Shown in pieces: positions 57,801 through 64,000 of a stretch of DNA of 64,000 nucleotides (positions are counted from its first letter, which is position 1; every line of letters starts with the position of its first letter). Below the pieces are notes generated by a model. That model was not told the DNA's origin and made no database searches. It was given only the letters and a program-made list of their open reading frames with translations. The position numbers were made by a program, and so were the translations under genes. The DNA is from Eledone cirrhosa (Eukaryota), in the NCBI GenBank assembly GCA_964016885.1, contig OZ024742.1, forward strand, positions 292,826,001 through 292,890,000, given 5' to 3'.

Positions 57801-60800
57801 TCTAGTAATAAACACAACTATACTGAGTCAAGGTGGTAGCTTAATAGATATATCTGGTCATAAACACAACTATACTGAGTCAAGGTGATAGCTTAATAGA
57901 TATATCTAGTCATAAACACAACTATATTACTGTGTCAAGGTGATATCTTAATAGATATATCTAGTCATAAACACAACTATTCTGAGTCAAGGTGATAGCT
58001 TAATAGATATATCTGGTCATACACACAACTATACTGAGTCAAGGTGATAGCTTAATAGATATATCTGGTCATAAACACAACTATACTGAGTCAAGGTGAT
58101 AGCTTAATAGATATATCTAGTCATAAACACAACTATATTACTGAGTCAAGGTGATAGCTTAATAGATATATCTAGTCATAAACACAACTATATTACTGAG
58201 TCAAGGTGATAGCTTAATAGATATATCTAGTCATAAACACAACTATACTGAGTCAAGGTGATAGCTTAATAGATATATCTGGTCATAAACACAACTATAT
58301 TACTGAGTCAAGGTGATAGCTTAATAGATATATCTAGTCATAAACACAACTATATTACTGAGTAAAGTTGATAGCTTTATAGATATATCTGGTCATAAAC
58401 ACAACTATACTGAGTCAAGGTGATAGCTTAATAGATATATCTAGTCATAAACACAACTATATTACTGAGTCAAGGTGATAGCTTAATAGATATATCTAGT
58501 CATAAACACAACTATACTGAGTCAAGGTGATAGCTTAATAGATATATCTGGTCATAAACACAACTATACTGAGTCAAGGTGATAGCTTAATAGATATATC
58601 TAGTCATAAACACAACTATATTACTGAGTCAAGGTGATAGCTTAATAGATATATCTAGTCATAAACACAACTATATTACTGAGTCAAGGTGATAGCTTAA
58701 TAGATATATCTAGTAATAAACACAACTATACTGAGTCAAGGTGGTAGCTTAATAGATATATCTGGTCATAAACACAACTATACTGAGTCAAGGTGATAGC
58801 TTAATAGATATATCTAGTCATAAACACAACTATACTGAGACAAGGTGATAGCTTCATAGATATATCTAGTCATAAACCAACTATATTACTGAGTCAAGGT
58901 GATAGCTTAATAGATATATCTAGTCATAAACACAACTATATTACTGAGTCAAGGTGATAGCTTAATAGATATATCTAGTCATAAACACAACTATATTACT
59001 GAGTCAAGGTGATAGCTTAATAGATATATCTAGTCATAAACACAACTATTCTGTGTCAAGGTGATAGCTTAATAGATATATCTGGTCATACACACAACTA
59101 TACTGAGTCAAGGTGATAGCTTAATAGATATATCTGGTCATAAACACAACTATACTGAGTCAAGGTGATAGCTTAATAGATATATCTAGTCATAAACACA
59201 ACTATACTGAGTCAAGGTGATAGCTTAATAGATATATCTAGTCATAAACACAACTATATTACTGAGTCAAAGTGATAGCTTAATAGATATATCTAGTCAT
59301 AAACACAACTATATTACTGAGTAAAGGTGATAGCTTAATAGATATATCTGGTCATAAACACAACTATACTGAGTCAAGGTGATAGCTTAATAGATATATC
59401 TAGTCATAAACCAACTATATTACTGAGTCAAGGTGATAGCTTAATAGATATATCTAGTCATAAACACAACTATATTACTGAGTCAAGGTGATAGCTTAAT
59501 AGATATATCTAGTCATAAACACAACTATATTACTGAGTCAAGGTGATAGCTTAATAGATATATCTGGTCATAAACACAACTATATTACTGAGTCAAGGTG
59601 ATAGCTTAATAGATATATCTAGTCATAAACACAACTATACTGAGTCAAGGTGATAGCTTAATAGATATATCTGGTCATAAACACAACTATACTGAGTCAA
59701 GGTGATAGCTTAATAGATATATCTAGTCATAAACACAACTATATTACTGAGTCAAGGTGATAGCTTAATAGATATATCTAGTCATAAACACAACTATTCT
59801 GAGTCAAGGTGGTAGCTTAATAGATATATCTGGTCATACACACAACTATACTGAGTCAAGGTGATAGCTTAATAGATATATCTGGTCATAAACACAACTA
59901 TACTGAGTCAAGGTGATAGCTTAATAGATATATCTAGTCATAAACACAACTATATTACTGAGTCAAGGTGATAGCTTAATAGATATATCTAGTCATAAAC
60001 ACAACTATATTACTGAGTCAAGGTGATAGCTTAATAGATATATCTAGTCATAAACACAACTATACTGAGTCAAGGTGATAGCTTAATAGATATATCTGGT
60101 CATAAACACAACTATATTACTGAGTCAAGGTGATAGCTTAATAGATATATCTAGTCATAAACACAACTATATTACTGAGGCAAGGTGATAGCTTAATAGA
60201 TATATCTAGTCATAAACACAACTATATTACTGAGTCAAGGTGATAGCTTAATAGATATATCTAGTCATAAACACAACTATATTACTGAGTCAAGGTGATA
60301 GCTTAATAGATATATGTAGTCATAAACACAACTATATTACTGAGTCAAGGTGATAGCTTAATAGATATATCTAGTCATAAACACAACTATATTACTGAGT
60401 AAAGGTGATAGCTTAATAGATATATCTGGTCATAAACACAACTATACTGAGTCAAGGTGATAGCTTAATAGATATATCTAGTCATAAACACAACTATATT
60501 ACTGAGTCAAGGTGATAGCTTAATAGATATATCTAGTCATAAACACAAATATACTGAGTCAAGGTGATAGCTTAATAGATATATCTGGTCATAAACACAA
60601 CTATACTGAGTCAAGGTGATAGCTTAATAGATATATCTCGTCATAAACACAGCTATATTACTGAGTCAAGGTGATAGCTTAATAGATATATCTAGTCATA
60701 AACACAACTATATTACTGAGTCAAGGTGATAGCTTAATAGATATATCTAGTAATAAACACAACTATACTGAGTCAAGGTGGTAGCTTAATAGATATATCT

Positions 60801-63800
60801 GGTCATAAACACAACTATACTGAGTCAAGGTGATAGCTTAATAGATATATCTAGTCATAAACACAACTATATTACTGAGTCAAGGTGATAGCTTAATAGA
60901 TATATCTGGTCATAAACACAACTATATTACTGAGTCAAGGTGATAGCTTAATAGATATATCTAGTCATAAACACAACTATACTGAGTCAAGGTGATAGCT
61001 TAATCGATATATCTGGTCATAAACACAACTATACTGAGTCAAGGTGATAGCTTAATAGATATATCTAGTCATAAACACAACTATATTACTGAGTCAAGGT
61101 GATAGCTTAATTGATATATCTAGTCATAAACACAACTATATTACTGAGGCAAGGTGATAGCTTAATAGATATATCTAGTCATAAACACAACTATATTACT
61201 GAGTCAAGGTGATAGCTTAATAGATATATCTAGTCATAAACACAACTATATTACTGAGTCAAGGTGATAGCTTAATAGATATATCTAGTCATAAACACAA
61301 CTATACTGAGTCAAGGTGATAGCTTAATAGATATATCTGGTCATAAACACAACTATATTACTGAGTCAAGGTGATAGCTTAATAGATATATCTAGTCATA
61401 AACACAACTATATTACTGAGGCAAGGTGATAGCTTAATAGATATATCTAGTCATAAACACAACTATATTACTGAGTCAAGGTGATAGCTTAATAGATATA
61501 TCTAGTCATAAACACAACTATATTACTGAGTCAAGGTGATAGCTTAATAGATATATGTAGTCATAAACACAACTATATTACTGAGTCAAGGTGATAGCTT
61601 AATAGATATATCTAGCCATAAACACAACTATATTACTGAGTAAAGGTGATAGCTTAATAGATATATCTGGTCATAAACACAACTATACTGAGTCAAGGTG
61701 ATAGCTTAATAGATATATCTAGTCATAAACACAACTATATTACTGAGTCAAGGTGATAGCTTAATAGATATATCTAGTCATAAACACAAATATACTGAGT
61801 CAAGGTGATAGCTTAATAGATATATCTGGTCATAAACACAACTATACTGAGTCAAGGTGATAGCTTAATAGATATATCTCGTCATAAACACAGCTATATT
61901 ACTGAGTCAAGGTGATAGCTTAATAGATATATCTAGTCATAAACACAACTATATTACTGAGTCAAGGTGATAGCTTAATAGATATATCTAGTAATAAACA
62001 CAACTATACTGAGTCAAGGTGGTAGCTTAATAGATATATCTGGTCATAAACACAACTATACTGAGTCAAGGTGATAGCTTAATAGATATATCTAGTCATA
62101 AACACAACTATATTACTGTGTCAAGGTGATATCTTAATAGATATATCTAGTCATAAACACAACTATTCTGAGTCAAGGTGATAGCTTAATAGATATATCT
62201 GGTCATACACACAACTATACTGAGTCAAGGTGATAGCTTAATAGATATATCTGGTCATAAACACAACTATACTGAGTCAAGGTGATAGCTTAATAGATAT
62301 ATCTAGTCATAAACACAACTATATTACTGAGTCAAGGTGATAGCTTAATAGATATATCTAGTCATAAACACAACTATATTACTGAGTCAAGGTGATAGCT
62401 TAATAGATATATCTAGTCATAAACACAACTATACTGAGTCAAGGTGATAGCTTAATAGATATATCTGGTCATAAACACAACTATATTACTGAGTCAAGGT
62501 GATAGCTTAATAGATATATCTAGTCATAAACACAACTATATTACTGAGTAAAGTTGATAGCTTTATAGATATATCTGGTCATAAACACAACTATACTGAG
62601 TCAAGGTGATAGCTTAATAGATATATCTAGTCATAAACACAACTATATTACTGAGTCAAGGTGATAGCTTAATAGATATATCTAGTCATAAACACAACTA
62701 TACTGAGTCAAGGTGATAGCTTAATAGATATATCTGGTCATAAACACAACTATACTGAGTCAAGGTGATAGCTTAATAGATATATCTAGTCATAAACACA
62801 ACTATATTACTGAGTCAAGGTGATAGCTTAATAGATATATCTAGTCATAAACACAACTATATTACTGAGTCAAGGTGATAGCTTAATAGATATATCTAGT
62901 AATAAACACAACTATACTGAGTCAAGGTGGTAGCTTAATAGATATATCTGGTCATAAACACAACTATACTGAGTCAAGGTGATAGCTTAATAGATATATC
63001 TAGTCATAAACACAACTATACTGAGACAAGGTGATAGCTTCATAGATATATCTAGTCATAAACCAACTATATTACTGAGTCAAGGTGATAGCTTAATAGA
63101 TATATCTAGTCATAAACACAACTATATTACTGAGTCAAGGTGATAGCTTAATAGATATATCTAGTCATAAACACAACTATATTACTGAGTCAAGGTGATA
63201 GCTTAATAGATATATCTAGTCATAAACACAACTATTCTGTGTCAAGGTGATAGCTTAATAGATATATCTGGTCATACACACAACTATACTGAGTCAAGGT
63301 GATAGCTTAATAGATATATCTGGTCATAAACACAACTATACTGAGTCAAGGTGATAGCTTAATAGATATATCTAGTCATAAACACAACTATACTGAGTCA
63401 AGGTGATAGCTTAATAGATATATCTAGTCATAAACACAACTATATTACTGAGTCAAAGTGATAGCTTAATAGATATATCTAGTCATAAACACAACTATAT
63501 TACTGAGTAAAGGTGATAGCTTAATAGATATATCTGGTCATAAACACAACTATACTGAGTCAAGGTGATAGCTTAATAGATATATCTAGTCATAAACCAA
63601 CTATATTACTGAGTCAAGGTGATAGCTTAATAGATATATCTAGTCATAAACACAACTATATTACTGAGTCAAGGTGATAGCTTAATAGATATATCTAGTC
63701 ATAAACACAACTATATTACTGAGTCAAGGTGATAGCTTAATAGATATATCTGGTCATAAACACAACTATATTACTGAGTCAAGGTGATAGCTTAATAGAT

Positions 63801-64000
63801 ATATCTAGTCATAAACACAACTATACTGAGTCAAGGTGATAGCTTAATAGATATATCTGGTCATAAACACAACTATACTGAGTCAAGGTGATAGCTTAAT
63901 AGATATATCTAGTCATAAATACAACTATATTACTGAGTCAAGGTGATAGCTTAATAGATATATCTAGTCATAAACACAACTATTCTGAGTCAAGGTGGTA
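51670..64000. repeat. Further partial duplications at offsets 2522, 2945 and 4186 (2945+1241) bp
   Basis: GAGTAAAGTTG at 52893, 55415, 58360 and 62546. The AG of CACAGCTAT lies at 57706, 60651 and 61892. Confidence 0.8.

Larger units (their letters stand above)
7386..64000. repeat. 52/55-bp tandem satellite array, right of the island (runs off the window end)
   Basis: Same monomer and orientation as the left arm. Only point variants and 1-3 bp indels were seen; no inversion or second insertion was found on reading through. Confidence 0.98.

Noticed and set aside
1-64000. CRISPR array
   Set aside because: There are no unique spacers. The entire monomer is repeated, and no cas genes or leader are present.
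1-64000. Repeat-protein coding sequence
   Set aside because: Monomers of 55 and 52 bp are not multiples of 3 and contain multiple TAA/TAG/TGA triplets on both strands, so no long ORF is possible.
1-64000. Telomeric repeat (telomerase-type or ciliate mitochondrial type) or a definite centromere call
   Set aside because: There is no G-rich telomeric motif and no positional context. Centromere function cannot be inferred from sequence alone.

Overview
The whole 64 kb is one AT-rich (about 29% GC in the consensus), head-to-tail tandem satellite/minisatellite array of roughly 1,190 monomers (estimated from window length / about 54 bp), all in one orientation. Consensus long monomer (55 bp): ATATATCTAGTCATAAACACAACTATATTACTGAGTCAAGGTGATAGCTTAATAG. 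A 52-bp form lacks 3 bp (AACTATATTACTG -> AACTATACTG), and rarer 53-54 bp forms occur. The only non-satellite DNA I found is a 199-bp island at 7187-7385 that splits a single monomer. Rare variants show nested, irregular higher-order duplications (offsets measured by eye: 590, 808, 1446, 2377, 2522, 2788, 2945, 3012, 3027, 3448, 4141, 4186, 4505, 5267 and 11111 bp) and a turnover of variant sets near 39-42 kb. I found no genes, RNA genes or CRISPR arrays. The pattern looks like eukaryotic satellite DNA, but the organism and family cannot be identified from the sequence alone. Duplication boundaries are approximate, to about one monomer.
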